Below are positions 15,756 to 24,024 of a stretch of 24,024 nt of DNA, in pieces. Within the stretch, counting starts at the first letter, position 1. Every line of letters starts with the position of its first letter. The translations under genes were made by a program, and so were the position numbers. The notes under the pieces are model-generated. The model was not told where the DNA came from. It searched no databases and saw nothing but the letters and a program-made list of their open reading frames with translations. The stretch spans positions 1 through 24,024 of IMG/VR virus record IMGVR_UViG_3300045457_000120; one strand, 5' to 3'. This stretch comes from a virus (Duplodnaviria; Caudoviricetes).

Positions 15756-15949
15756 ACCAGGTAGCCCTTTTCCTTGAGCTCCGCCAAGGTTTTCTCGCCG
15801 CCGGATACATGTTTCTCTTCGACCACTTCACCGGGGCCTTTGATGCCAGCCATGGTGTTGATCGACTTGCCTTCCGCCACGCGGTAGCCAGCTTGCTCAG
15901 CGGCTGCTTGCTCAGCGGCTGCTTGCTCTTGCGCGTTATTCTTCGCCAT
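15752..15949 (-). CDS. small protein downstream of capsid (65 aa; position of lambda FI-type genes)
   Basis: GGAG RBS before ATG 15949; EQAAA repeats; ends LKEKGYLV. Confidence 0.6.
   Translation of the reverse strand: MAKNNAQEQAAAEQAAAEQAGYRVAEGKSINTMAGIKGPGEVVEEKHVSGGEKTLAELKEKGYLV
15891..15928. repeat. 15-bp tandem coding repeat (2.5 copies)
   Basis: gcttgctcagcggct x2 plus gcttgctc, encoding EQAAA-EQAAA-EQA. Confidence 0.85.
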
Positions 15950-15962
15950 CTCGTCTGTCTCC

Positions 15963-15990
15963 AAATAGAAGCGGGCCGCCGGAGCGGCCC
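15963..15990 (-). terminator. hairpin/weak terminator after the major capsid gene
   Basis: Minus strand GGGCCGC-TCCG-GCGGCCC (UNCG tetraloop) followed by GCTTCTATTT, an imperfect U-tract. Confidence 0.55.
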
Positions 15991-15997
15991 ACGCGTC

Positions 15998-17077
15998 TTA
16001 CGGGTTGGTGTCGAGGCAGCCGAAGCCGTCGATCTGCACAGGGACCAGCAGCGGGCGAGATTCGATCTCGGCCATTAGCTCTTTGCCGTTCGGGGTGCAC
16101 CACAGGTTCGGCATGACATCCAGGTCCATAGCGTCGCTCACCAGGCGGCCTGGCATCAGGCCAGCAACACGCGGATCCGGGCCGAGCGGGAGCGGGACAA
16201 GTGCCGAAACTCGGTCGAAACGGGTCTGGGTGGAGGTCATGATCACTTTGTCGTCAGCCACGTACTGCGTGAACGCGCCGCTGACCGGGTCCTTGTACCC
16301 TTCCGGGTAGGTCCACATCATGAACTCATAAGACCCGATCCAGATGCTGCCGATGAAAGTTGCACCACCCTGCGCTTGGCGCGGTGAGACCTCGCCGATG
16401 TTGATCCGGCGTTTGTCCAGCGCATCTTGCACTTTTGCATCCGCCAAGAAATGACGGAAGGCAGTGGCGCCAAAAATCAAAGTATCCGGGTTTACCTGCC
16501 CATCCGCACGAATCACTTTGGCCAGGTTTTCCAAGTCCAACAGTTTGTCGCTGGCGGTGTTAGACCACGCGGTCGAAACGGTCGGGAAGTGGGTCGCCTT
16601 GGGCTTATAGTCGATCTCGTATACCGTACCGCCAGAATCTACGAGGGTAAGTTTACCCGTCTGCAGGATCTGCGATGCCTGGAGCTCTACCGCCCGAGAG
16701 ATCTTGTCCATACCCAACTGGAAGTAGCGCATCAGCTTACGGACCAACTTGGCCGCATAGCCGTTATACGCGTCGGTGTACGGGTCGACACCCGCAGTGC
16801 GCGACACCAGGTCAGCCACGTTCGCCGGGAACGCTTCGCCGTACTTAGGCGGGGTGAACTCTTTGGTAGTGACGGTGTCAGCGTCGTTAAGGTTCGGGCC
16901 TTTACCCTGGCGCAGCGCAACGGCTACGTCCTCGCCAAAACGTTGGATGTCAATCTCAACCGTCTCGCCGTTGTAGACATTCCCCGGCTTGATGGTGAAA
17001 AAGGACTGCAGGAATTTGGTCGGACGACGCGCCTGTTCGAACAGCGTCATCCAGCCGGTTGCAAACGGATTTGCCAT
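15998..17077 (-). CDS. major capsid protein (lambda gpE family, 359 aa)
   Basis: FLQSFF, ETVEIDI, RAVELQASQILQTGK and IESRPLLVP motifs; follows the decoration gene. Confidence 0.9.
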   Translation of the reverse strand: MANPFATGWMTLFEQARRPTKFLQSFFTIKPGNVYNGETVEIDIQRFGEDVAVALRQGKGPNLNDADTVTTKEFTPPKYGEAFPANVADLVSRTAGVDPYTDAYNGYAAKLVRKLMRYFQLGMDKISRAVELQASQILQTGKLTLVDSGGTVYEIDYKPKATHFPTVSTAWSNTASDKLLDLENLAKVIRADGQVNPDTLIFGATAFRHFLADAKVQDALDKRRINIGEVSPRQAQGGATFIGSIWIGSYEFMMWTYPEGYKDPVSGAFTQYVADDKVIMTSTQTRFDRVSALVPLPLGPDPRVAGLMPGRLVSDAMDLDVMPNLWCTPNGKELMAEIESRPLLVPVQIDGFGCLDTNP

Positions 17078-17089
17078 GATGGCCCCCTC

Positions 17090-17479
17090 TTACTGGTTAT
17101 CTTGGATCGACAGCTGGGTGACCGGCTGGGCGATAATGGTGTAGTCCCGCAGCTGATCCACCGCAACCGCGGTCAGCGCAGTGCCGGCGGTATCAACCAG
17201 CTTTCCGAGGCGGACGCGGCCGCTGATCAAGGGGCGGATCGGTTTGTCGCCGGAGCCAGTAAACACCAACTCGGCGGCCAAAATGGCTTTCGGGATTTCT
17301 GCTCCGCCAGACCCGGCCGGGTCAAAACGGACATATTTGCCAGACGCGGCGACTTTGGCCAGAACTGCACCTACGGGCCACGTGGCCGCACCTGTAGCGG
17401 TAGCAGTAGCGTCAGCATAGAGGTCGTCGGCGATAACCAGTCCGTTCATAGTACGGTTGGCGATATTGAGAGTACCCAT
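17090..17479 (-). CDS. head decoration protein (lambda gpD-like, 129 aa)
   Basis: GAVLAKVAASGKYV.FDP...GAEIPKAIL; between protease and capsid. Confidence 0.8.
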   Translation of the reverse strand: MGTLNIANRTMNGLVIADDLYADATATATGAATWPVGAVLAKVAASGKYVRFDPAGSGGAEIPKAILAAELVFTGSGDKPIRPLISGRVRLGKLVDTAGTALTAVAVDQLRDYTIIAQPVTQLSIQDNQ

Positions 17480-17820
17480 TACACACCCCCGAAGATGGCT
17501 TTAGCTGCAGCGGCCTTGCGGGATTCTTCGCCCTGCGCGTTCGGCTGATTGCCGTCGAGCTGTTGCTCGTCCTGCTGGCGGTCGGAGAGGTTCGACCGGT
17601 TTGCGCCGGCCGCGACGTACTCCGCCATCAGCTCGCCATCGTCTTTGCCTTTCCCCTCGAGACACGCCTCGATGGCCAGGGCCTCTGCGCCGACTTTCTT
17701 GCCCAGCGTGAGGTGATACTTGACGCGGTCGAGCTCCTGGGCCGCGCCTGCTTCTTTGCCTGCAGCAAAAACCGAAGCGTACAGCCCCGGGTGCTCGGCC
17801 TTCAGTTTCTCAAGATCCAT
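17479..17820 (-). CDS. nested in-frame scaffolding protein (lambda Nu3-like, 113 aa)
   Basis: Internal ACAGGAG RBS 8 nt before ATG of MDLEKLKAEHP, following a low-complexity linker (SATPKATSTPSKT). Confidence 0.7.
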   Translation of the reverse strand: MDLEKLKAEHPGLYASVFAAGKEAGAAQELDRVKYHLTLGKKVGAEALAIEACLEGKGKDDGELMAEYVAAGANRSNLSDRQQDEQQLDGNQPNAQGEESRKAAAAKAIFGGV

Positions 17821-18606
17821 CGTCTTGACTCCTGTTTTACTGGGGGTTGAGGTTGCCTTCGGGGTGGCGCTGCCGATCGCGTCGATCATGCCTGCGTCAA
17901 GGGCCTGCTGCGCGAGCATCATGCCCCCCCGACCGAAATCATTATTAACCTTTTCCACGGTGGTGTCACGCCCGACCGCAACAGCCGTAGAGAACAGGTC
18001 CTCTATCTGGTCAAGCATTACGCGGATCGCCGCGCGGCCCTCTTCGGTCTCTGGGTCCGGACGCTTGTTCGGTGCATTGGTGCTTGTCACCTCGACAAAC
18101 GCAGATTCGCTCGGTTTGCGGGCGGATACTACCGCGCCGATAGAACCAACCATCGCCGCCCTGTTGTCCGCCACCACCGCGTTCGACTGGCTCGCCAGCC
18201 AATAGCCAGCAGATGCCGCCAGCACTACGCGGGCGGTATTAGGCTTTTTCATAGCCGCGATCTGGTCCGCCAGCGCGGTAACCGGCATAGCCTCACCGCC
18301 TGGTGTGCGATACATGAACTCGATTGATTTTACGTCCGGATCCGTCTCGGCAGACAGGATGGCAGCGGAGATATCGCCGTAGGTAGTGTTGCCGCCACCG
18401 AACCATGTAGCGAACCAGTCTGGGGTCTCGGTCAGCACGCCAGATATGTTGATCCGGGCTACGTCCCCCGCGCGCTCCATCACCTTACTGGCGTCGCCGG
18501 ATTGGGTCCGTGCTGCTGCCATAAAGCGCTCCAGTTGTTCGGCTGACGGCATCGGTGCCGCGTCCATCGCAGCCATCACGCTCGGTTCAAGTAACCAAAT
18601 TTTCAT
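17479..18606 (-). CDS. S49-family capsid maturation protease with C-terminal scaffold (lambda gpC-like)
   Basis: TPGG, AASAGYWLASQ and VGSIG motifs. Confidence 0.9.
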   Translation of the reverse strand: MKIWLLEPSVMAAMDAAPMPSAEQLERFMAAARTQSGDASKVMERAGDVARINISGVLTETPDWFATWFGGGNTTYGDISAAILSAETDPDVKSIEFMYRTPGGEAMPVTALADQIAAMKKPNTARVVLAASAGYWLASQSNAVVADNRAAMVGSIGAVVSARKPSESAFVEVTSTNAPNKRPDPETEEGRAAIRVMLDQIEDLFSTAVAVGRDTTVEKVNNDFGRGGMMLAQQALDAGMIDAIGSATPKATSTPSKTGVKTMDLEKLKAEHPGLYASVFAAGKEAGAAQELDRVKYHLTLGKKVGAEALAIEACLEGKGKDDGELMAEYVAAGANRSNLSDRQQDEQQLDGNQPNAQGEESRKAAAAKAIFGGV

Positions 18607-18616
18607 AAAAGCCCCT

Positions 18617-19138
18617 TTATACCGGCGTTATTGCCGTTTCTTTTGTCACCTGCTCGGCGATCAGCAGGATGGCGGTAACGGTATAGGTACCGCCGTTCGA
18701 CCGGATCGTGAGCGGGGCGCCATTCGTGACGATGTTACCGTTCTTATCGATGGATAGAAATGTCGCCAAAGTGATTACATCAGATGTAACTGCGACATCT
18801 CGGCTAGCTACGAGACGGTTACCATTCGTCCCCACGAAGTCCAGTTGCATAGAGCGGTTAGAGCTCCCCGTCGTCCAGCTTCCGACCAGATTGATCTTGA
18901 ACGCGAGAGACGAGTTATCGTTATAGGCGTTAAGTTTATTGCTGGTGGTGTTGAAAAATGGGGCCAGCGTGCCGGACGTCGGGGCGGGCAGGCCTTTCAA
19001 AAACGTGACAAGGTCGACGTTAGTGTCTGCGGCGAGTGTACGACCAGTTAGGCCCGACCAATAAACCTCGCTTTTCTTGCGAGTTGGCAACACCGTAGCC
19101 GGTGCGGCCGGCGCATTGCTTTCAGGTTCCCAGCTCAT
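18617..19138 (-). CDS. stand-alone tail-needle knob-like protein (Sf6 gp9/HS1 knob family), 173 aa
   Basis: Ordered motifs TRKKSEV, SGTLAPFF, FK....G.W..G..NRSMQL.F, LATF.S.DK.G...TNG..LTI.SNG and IAEQ match the Sf6/HS1 needle knob as I recall it. Confidence 0.75.
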   Translation of the reverse strand: MSWEPESNAPAAPATVLPTRKKSEVYWSGLTGRTLAADTNVDLVTFLKGLPAPTSGTLAPFFNTTSNKLNAYNDNSSLAFKINLVGSWTTGSSNRSMQLDFVGTNGNRLVASRDVAVTSDVITLATFLSIDKNGNIVTNGAPLTIRSNGGTYTVTAILLIAEQVTKETAITPV

Positions 19139-19140
19139 AG

Positions 19141-19425
19141 TCAGCCCGCCTTCGCCACGTTTACCTGTACGTCCTGTGTTGCCGTTACCCAGGCGCCGGT
19201 GTCCCCGTCCTGGTTGGCCCAAACGTCTCCTGGAGCACACTGCCGGTATCCAGACACCCCCGTCGGGGAGCTCGCACCGGAAAACAGCTTGAGCGGCACA
19301 GCGCCCAAGTTCTGAACGCTGATTTTGTCACCAGCAACGATACCTGCAGCGAGGACTGCTGGGGCGGTATAGAGATTCACCGGCGTTCCGGCAGGTATAG
19401 TGATGTTTTCAATCGTATTAGCCAT
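19141..19425 (-). CDS. hypothetical beta-rich, probably virion-associated protein (94 aa)
   Basis: GGAG RBS within the portal 3' end, 8-nt overlap with portal, 2-nt gap to the knob gene. Confidence 0.7.
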   Translation of the reverse strand: MANTIENITIPAGTPVNLYTAPAVLAAGIVAGDKISVQNLGAVPLKLFSGASSPTGVSGYRQCAPGDVWANQDGDTGAWVTATQDVQVNVAKAG

Positions 19426-21046
19426 CTATGTCACTCCCCGCGACGAGTTGCAGCCCTGCTTGTGCCTTGACGGTTTCCACCGCCTGATCACCGAACTCGC
19501 GCCGCAGCTCCAGCTCGGGGCGCAGACTCTCAGCGATTTTGGCGTTTTCACGCGCCACTTTGCGAATGTTACTCTCGAAGCGGCTCCCCGTCATCTGCCG
19601 TGCGGCGTTGGCGTTCGTGCTCCAGCCGTTGGCGATCATCCCCTCTTGGCCTTTCACCTCTTTCGGCAGGTCGACCGCTTCTTTGACGATCCCCCACCAG
19701 TTCGAGTGCGTCCATGCGGAGAACTGCTCGTAGCCCTTCGGGTCGCGCCATGCGTCCAGCAACCCGCGCGCCTGGATCTGGCCGAGCAGCACCTTGGCCA
19801 CGAGCCATGAGCGGTAAATCGGGCGCGTGAACTGGTCGGCAAAGTCCGTGCGTTTCATGTTCATCACGAGGTTGAATTCCTTCACCTCGCCGCGGCTAGC
19901 GGAGTAGCTCGACCCGAACACCATCCGCACGATTGAAGGCGGGATCTCAAGCGCCCAGCTGATCCCTTCCAGCATGGCCGCTTCGAATTCGCGGAACTTC
20001 TCGTCCGTAGCATCTGCCCCGAACCCTTTCGGTTCCACCCCCGGAGGTAGTTGCTCGTAGACGATACCCGGGTTTTGGCTGGCGATATCAAATTTATAGT
20101 CAGTGCCGTCCACCATCTGACCGCTGCCGGTTACGCGGCGCTGGGCGCCAGCGCTGATCGGCTTGGTGCTCACCCCTTTTGCATCCTGGTGCTGGTAGAA
20201 AAACACTGAATAGAGCGACCCGACAGACGCTTTGCGCTGGGTGCTGTCCCTATAGCGGTCAACTTCGCTGACGCCCTGCATGACCAGGGATATCAGCGGC
20301 TCCCCGCGCACTTCGCAGTGCCTGCGGTCGGTAGCGTAGAGCAGCCACGCCAGCCGGCGCCCGTTACGCCCCCGGGCGGGGATCCGTTTATGCGTCAGGT
20401 CTGCTTGCGCGACGTAGTAGGCCACGTGCTCACCGCTCGGAGTGACCTCGACGCCGTGCTCGATCCGGTTGCCTGTGGTCAGCGCCTCCATGGCGCCGAG
20501 GGGCGTAGTGACTGTAGCCCCGTCCACGAGCTCGATGCTCGGTAGTTGGGTCGCTGAGTTGTGGTGCTCGATCACCAGAACGTCGCCGCTGACCAGCGCC
20601 TCGCGGTACGCCGATGCCTGGAGCTGGCCGAACGTCACCCGGCGCGTGTAGTCGCAAGCATCCGGCAAGGTGACCCATGCCTCCCACTTGTTCTCGACCT
20701 CAATCCCCCAGTCCTCGGCCTGCTGCTCTGTCAGTTGCGGCAGCAGCGCCTCCAGCGGGTCCGCCTCCAGCGTCAGCCCGGTGTTGATGATGTTGGTCAC
20801 CATTCGGCGAACGATACCGCGGCCGTATTGGTTGGTCTTAAAGAACGACGCGGAGCGGGCGCGCAAAGCCCAGTAGTCTGTCCAGGTGACCGGCACGGGG
20901 CCGAGCCCCCCGTCGAACTTCTCGCCGTCGTGCACCTGCATCCGCCAATCAGCGAACCGCTCGCCGAAAGGAGCGGCGGCCTGCATCACCAACGAGGACC
21001 GCTCGGCCCGCTCGGCGATTATCGCCTTAGCAACGAGGTCTCTCAT
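19418..21046 (-). CDS. portal protein, lambda family (542 aa)
   Basis: LRARS, IEHGVEV...GEHVAYYV, EVRGEP and SSYSASRG motifs; ATG 21046 in ATGA overlap with the gpW-like gene. Confidence 0.92.
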   Translation of the reverse strand: MRDLVAKAIIAERAERSSLVMQAAAPFGERFADWRMQVHDGEKFDGGLGPVPVTWTDYWALRARSASFFKTNQYGRGIVRRMVTNIINTGLTLEADPLEALLPQLTEQQAEDWGIEVENKWEAWVTLPDACDYTRRVTFGQLQASAYREALVSGDVLVIEHHNSATQLPSIELVDGATVTTPLGAMEALTTGNRIEHGVEVTPSGEHVAYYVAQADLTHKRIPARGRNGRRLAWLLYATDRRHCEVRGEPLISLVMQGVSEVDRYRDSTQRKASVGSLYSVFFYQHQDAKGVSTKPISAGAQRRVTGSGQMVDGTDYKFDIASQNPGIVYEQLPPGVEPKGFGADATDEKFREFEAAMLEGISWALEIPPSIVRMVFGSSYSASRGEVKEFNLVMNMKRTDFADQFTRPIYRSWLVAKVLLGQIQARGLLDAWRDPKGYEQFSAWTHSNWWGIVKEAVDLPKEVKGQEGMIANGWSTNANAARQMTGSRFESNIRKVARENAKIAESLRPELELRREFGDQAVETVKAQAGLQLVAGSDIDG

Positions 21047-21306
21047 GGCAGCGCCCCCGGGATGACTTGAATCGCTCCGCCGTTGCTCAGGCGGGCGCAA
21101 AGTGCGTCGTATTGGGTGAACAGGTCCGATCGCATATCGACCAGGCGAGGCACGTCTTGACGGGTTACCCGCTGCTTGCTCTGCCCGGTGTCGAGGTGGT
21201 ACTCAAGGATCGCCGTCGTACTGAGTTGCAAAATAGCGTCGTCCAAAGCATCAATTATCGCCTTGGTTTTTGCCAGTTTTTCCCGCTCCCATTCCAGATC
21301 ACACAT
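21043..21306 (-). CDS. head completion/head-tail joining protein (lambda gpW-like position, 87 aa)
   Basis: Helix-hairpin-helix pattern (AILQL...EYHLDTGQSKQRVTR.D...L) between terL and portal. Confidence 0.7.
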   Translation of the reverse strand: MCDLEWEREKLAKTKAIIDALDDAILQLSTTAILEYHLDTGQSKQRVTRQDVPRLVDMRSDLFTQYDALCARLSNGGAIQVIPGALP

Positions 21307-21338
21307 GCTTTCGGCCCCTCAGTCAGTTATGCGCCAGT

Positions 21339-23339
21339 TTAACCCTCCGTGGCTGGGTCTGTCCAATAGCGCCCGTCCTCGATGGCCGCCCAGAACTCCG
21401 ACCAGATCATCGCCTCAAGGCCGAGCTCGTTTGCGCAAACGTCGTAGGCCAGCACTTCAAGGCACGCAGTGTTGTACGTCAGCAGGTCCCACAGTTCCTG
21501 ACGGGCGTTGCCTGGCCGGTGCCAGTACGTCCCGAGCAACTTGCCAGATGACGGGTCCCGCTTCTCCCGCACATACTCGACGGTCAGCTCGTTGATCGCC
21601 TTGTCCGGTGTGTCTCCCGGCATGCTCAAGAAGTTACGCGGCATCTTGTCCACGCCGTTCCACTGGCGTTTGAGCGCCGCGCTCCAGCGGTCCTTGTAGA
21701 GGTCCACGGTGATCGCGATGTACCTGGTGCCGATCGCAGACTCGAGAATATCGAACTCCCGCAAGCGGCTGCCGCGCACCGGTTTGTCACGGCCTCTCAG
21801 CGGATAGACCCCCGTATCCCACTGGGCGCAGAACGAATAAACCGTGTCGGTACGGAAACCGGCGTCGATGGCTGTCACGGCGATCGGAAACTCGCGGCCG
21901 TCGTGAGCCGTGTACCTGCGGTGATCGATAATATCGGCCAGCTGGCCCCACACCGGGGCGTCATCGCGTTCGGTGTCGCCATCGAGGCGCAGGTAGTCGA
22001 TCAGATATGCCGCGTACCCTGCTCGGTCGTCGCTGGGGGACCATGCGAACACCGCCACCGCCAGCCAGTCTTTCTGCACGTCGACGGTCATGGTCAGCAG
22101 CATCAGCTGGCCACCGGTGTGCGTCACAGCGTGGTTGTTCGGCAGCTCACCCATCCGGTATTCCGAACGGCGGTGTGGGCTGACCTGATAGTGCTTGATC
22201 TTGTCCGCCTTGACCTCGTATGCCTCGCCCAGGTCGTTGTTGTAGAAAACCTGCAGCTTCTCGCTGTCCTTGGCGATGTTGTGCTCGTCATCCCATGCCT
22301 CGACCCACGCATGGGCAATCGACTCCCAGGTCCGGGCGAACACCGGCGCGTAAAGCGCACTCAAGTGATATGAACGGAAGTTCGGACGACTGGGTTTCGC
22401 CGTAGGGTGCCAGGCGCCGGCGCCCATGATCCGCACCTTGTCCTCGTTGACCATCTCGCCACTACAGAACCGACAGACGTAGCGAACCGACCCCTGGACG
22501 ACCAGACCGTCTTCGGTGTCCCAGCGCAGGCCATAGAACAGGCCGTCATCAGTGCGCCCACGGAAACGGAGCGTCTGCATCTCGCCACAGTGCTTGCACG
22601 GGACCTTGTAAACGCGCTGGTCCCCCAGCAGATGCCGTTTCGAGATGGCGCACGTGGCGGCCACGTTAGGAGTCGACAGGTCTAGAACCCGGCGCGTCAG
22701 GTCATATGCGTTGGTCCGCGTTTCGGTCAGCTGCAGCGGGTCCGCATCTCGGCCGACGGTCAGCGGCCAGCCGGAGATCTCGTCGCGTAGCAGGATCGGC
22801 GCCGACAGCGAGCGCTGCTTGTTGGCATTGACCGCCCCTAGCGGCAGCAGGTACCCGCCACCTGCCCATTCGATTTTCTTGTCGGTCATGCCGCGCTTGT
22901 TGGCGCGCATCTCGTCGTTGTTCTGGATCAGGTGTGACAGCCCCGACGCCTGGATCATCGGCACTATGGCTGTGTCCACCCGCAGTTTTGCCAGCTCGGC
23001 ATCTGCGGTGAAGAACAACACCGGGCTGGTGCGTATGTAATCGATCGTAAACCCGATCACGTTCTCGAGGATGCCGACCGTCGCCGCGACCTGGGCGCCC
23101 TTCTTGACGGCCACGAACTGCACGTCGCTATTCGGGTCGAAGCAATCCACTACCTCGCGCCAGTAGGGGGTGTCGTCAAAGCTGAAAGGCCCCGGCTTCG
23201 GCGTAGTGGCCCGGGTCAAATACCGCACGTTCTCGGCCCATTCGCTCGGGCGCAGTTCGCGAAACTCATCGGTGATCGTGGCAACCCTCTCGGCCAGCCA
23301 TTGCGCCTCGGCGGAGTATTGGGTGCGGGGGTCAAACAT
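21339..23339 (-). CDS. terL: terminase large subunit (lambda GpA family, 666 aa)
   Basis: PGPFSFDDTPY, Walker A-like KKGAQVAAT, Walker B ILLRDE, LSTP coupling motif, CxxC...CxxC, nuclease TVDVQ and IDAG, C-terminal ELWDL. Confidence 0.95.
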   Translation of the reverse strand: MFDPRTQYSAEAQWLAERVATITDEFRELRPSEWAENVRYLTRATTPKPGPFSFDDTPYWREVVDCFDPNSDVQFVAVKKGAQVAATVGILENVIGFTIDYIRTSPVLFFTADAELAKLRVDTAIVPMIQASGLSHLIQNNDEMRANKRGMTDKKIEWAGGGYLLPLGAVNANKQRSLSAPILLRDEISGWPLTVGRDADPLQLTETRTNAYDLTRRVLDLSTPNVAATCAISKRHLLGDQRVYKVPCKHCGEMQTLRFRGRTDDGLFYGLRWDTEDGLVVQGSVRYVCRFCSGEMVNEDKVRIMGAGAWHPTAKPSRPNFRSYHLSALYAPVFARTWESIAHAWVEAWDDEHNIAKDSEKLQVFYNNDLGEAYEVKADKIKHYQVSPHRRSEYRMGELPNNHAVTHTGGQLMLLTMTVDVQKDWLAVAVFAWSPSDDRAGYAAYLIDYLRLDGDTERDDAPVWGQLADIIDHRRYTAHDGREFPIAVTAIDAGFRTDTVYSFCAQWDTGVYPLRGRDKPVRGSRLREFDILESAIGTRYIAITVDLYKDRWSAALKRQWNGVDKMPRNFLSMPGDTPDKAINELTVEYVREKRDPSSGKLLGTYWHRPGNARQELWDLLTYNTACLEVLAYDVCANELGLEAMIWSEFWAAIEDGRYWTDPATEG

Positions 23340-23970
23340 CTCGGATCGCCCTCTCGGCTTGTGACTTCACGGATTTGATAGTGCGGGAGATCACGTCGCG
23401 GACAGCGCGCTCAACCTCTTGCCGTTCTGCCCCCGACTTCACGAGGTTGGTGGCGGTATTGACCATGTTCGCCGTTGCATCAGTGAGCAGGGCCTTGGCC
23501 AGGCCGTCGATCATGGCCACCAGCCGATCGGCGTGCGTCCGGTGGATATATTCCCCGCGCGCTCTGGCTTGCGACTCCTCCATCCCCATGATCTGGACGA
23601 TTTTGTACTGGGCTGCCAGGTAGTCCTTGAAGCGGGGCCCCGTGCCGAAGCGCTGCACTACCTCGCGCAGCGGCATGTCCAGCCACGCCGACGTTTCGAC
23701 GTCCTCGTCGTCCTCAGGCACTGGGGTCGGCGCCGTGGGCTGCGGCTTCTTGGTGGGCGCCTTCTTGACCTTCGGGTCTGGGGTGGGGGCGTTCGGGTCG
23801 ACGTAGCCATGGCGGCCCATGAACTCCCGGGCCAGTGGGTGGTCGATGTTGACCATGTCGTCCACCAGCGCGGGGGCCAGCTCGCCATCGCAGTAGCGGT
23901 AGACGCTGGAGCGCCCCAAGCCCTGGATGCGCGCAGCGAACTGGCCGCGTGTCAGTAGGTTTTTTGCCAT
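23332..23970 (-). CDS. terS: terminase small subunit (212 aa)
   Basis: Upstream of and overlapping terL. N-terminal HTH-like LTRGQFAARI.G..RSSV and an RGEYI.R motif followed by helical sequence. Start reassigned to ATG 23970. Confidence 0.75.
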   Translation of the reverse strand: MAKNLLTRGQFAARIQGLGRSSVYRYCDGELAPALVDDMVNIDHPLAREFMGRHGYVDPNAPTPDPKVKKAPTKKPQPTAPTPVPEDDEDVETSAWLDMPLREVVQRFGTGPRFKDYLAAQYKIVQIMGMEESQARARGEYIHRTHADRLVAMIDGLAKALLTDATANMVNTATNLVKSGAERQEVERAVRDVISRTIKSVKSQAERAIRDV

Positions 23971-23997
23971 GTTGTAACCCTGTCGTTGTCCCAAGGC

Positions 23998-24006
23998 ATG
24001 GTAGCA
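23998..24006 (-). promoter_or_regulatory. putative extended -10 promoter for the morphogenesis operon
   Basis: Minus strand TGcTACCAT about 27 nt upstream of the terS ATG; upstream context is cut by the window end. Confidence 0.35.
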
Positions 24007-24024
24007 CTGTGCACGGTGGGACAC

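Noticed and set aside
16427-17548. 373-aa plus-strand ORF
   Set aside because: Antisense shadow of the capsid and decoration genes in GC-rich DNA; no recognisable motifs.
23079-23105. TerL Walker A reads KGAQVAAT rather than having the usual Gly before the final residues
   Set aside because: GpA-family Walker A motifs are already deviant and all other ATPase and nuclease motifs are intact, so this is not evidence of inactivation.
5583-24024. Longest-ORF start codons (6899, 8948, 12757, 15381, 15964, 19240, 21100, 24024)
   Set aside because: Most overlap upstream genes or lack an RBS; downstream ATGs with an RBS or ATGA coupling fit better.

Overview
The window is a segment of a tailed phage (or prophage) with a contractile tail, most likely infecting a Gram-negative host because it carries a SAR endolysin and two-component spanins. 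From 23970 down to 3161 the minus strand holds a complete morphogenesis operon. The head module is lambda-like: terS, GpA-type terL, gpW-like protein, portal, S49 protease with nested scaffold, decoration protein and major capsid. The tail module is Mu-like: sheath, tube, frameshifted chaperone pair, tape measure, gp43/44/45/46/47/48-like baseplate and one beta-helical tailspike. A plus-strand lysis cassette (1769-3149) converges on it at a bidirectional terminator. Six things stand out. (1) A divergent, translationally coupled three-gene cassette at 906-1698 encodes an unannotated 39-aa peptide carrying AGGNG[R/K]QR twice, a multi-TM membrane protein and a holin-like protein; its predicted promoter overlaps the endolysin start. 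(2) A pseudoknot-forming leader can mask the RBS of the tail-chaperone gene. (3) A stand-alone Sf6/HS1-type tail-needle knob gene sits between portal and protease. (4) An unannotated 40-aa single-TM gene lies inside the lysis cassette. (5) A P2-type TTTTTTG -1 frameshift site is present. (6) A LigA-domain-Ia-like gene appears to carry a 1-nt frameshift. All family calls come from motif recognition and gene order, not database searches. No tRNA, rRNA, CRISPR array, integrase or transposase was seen.
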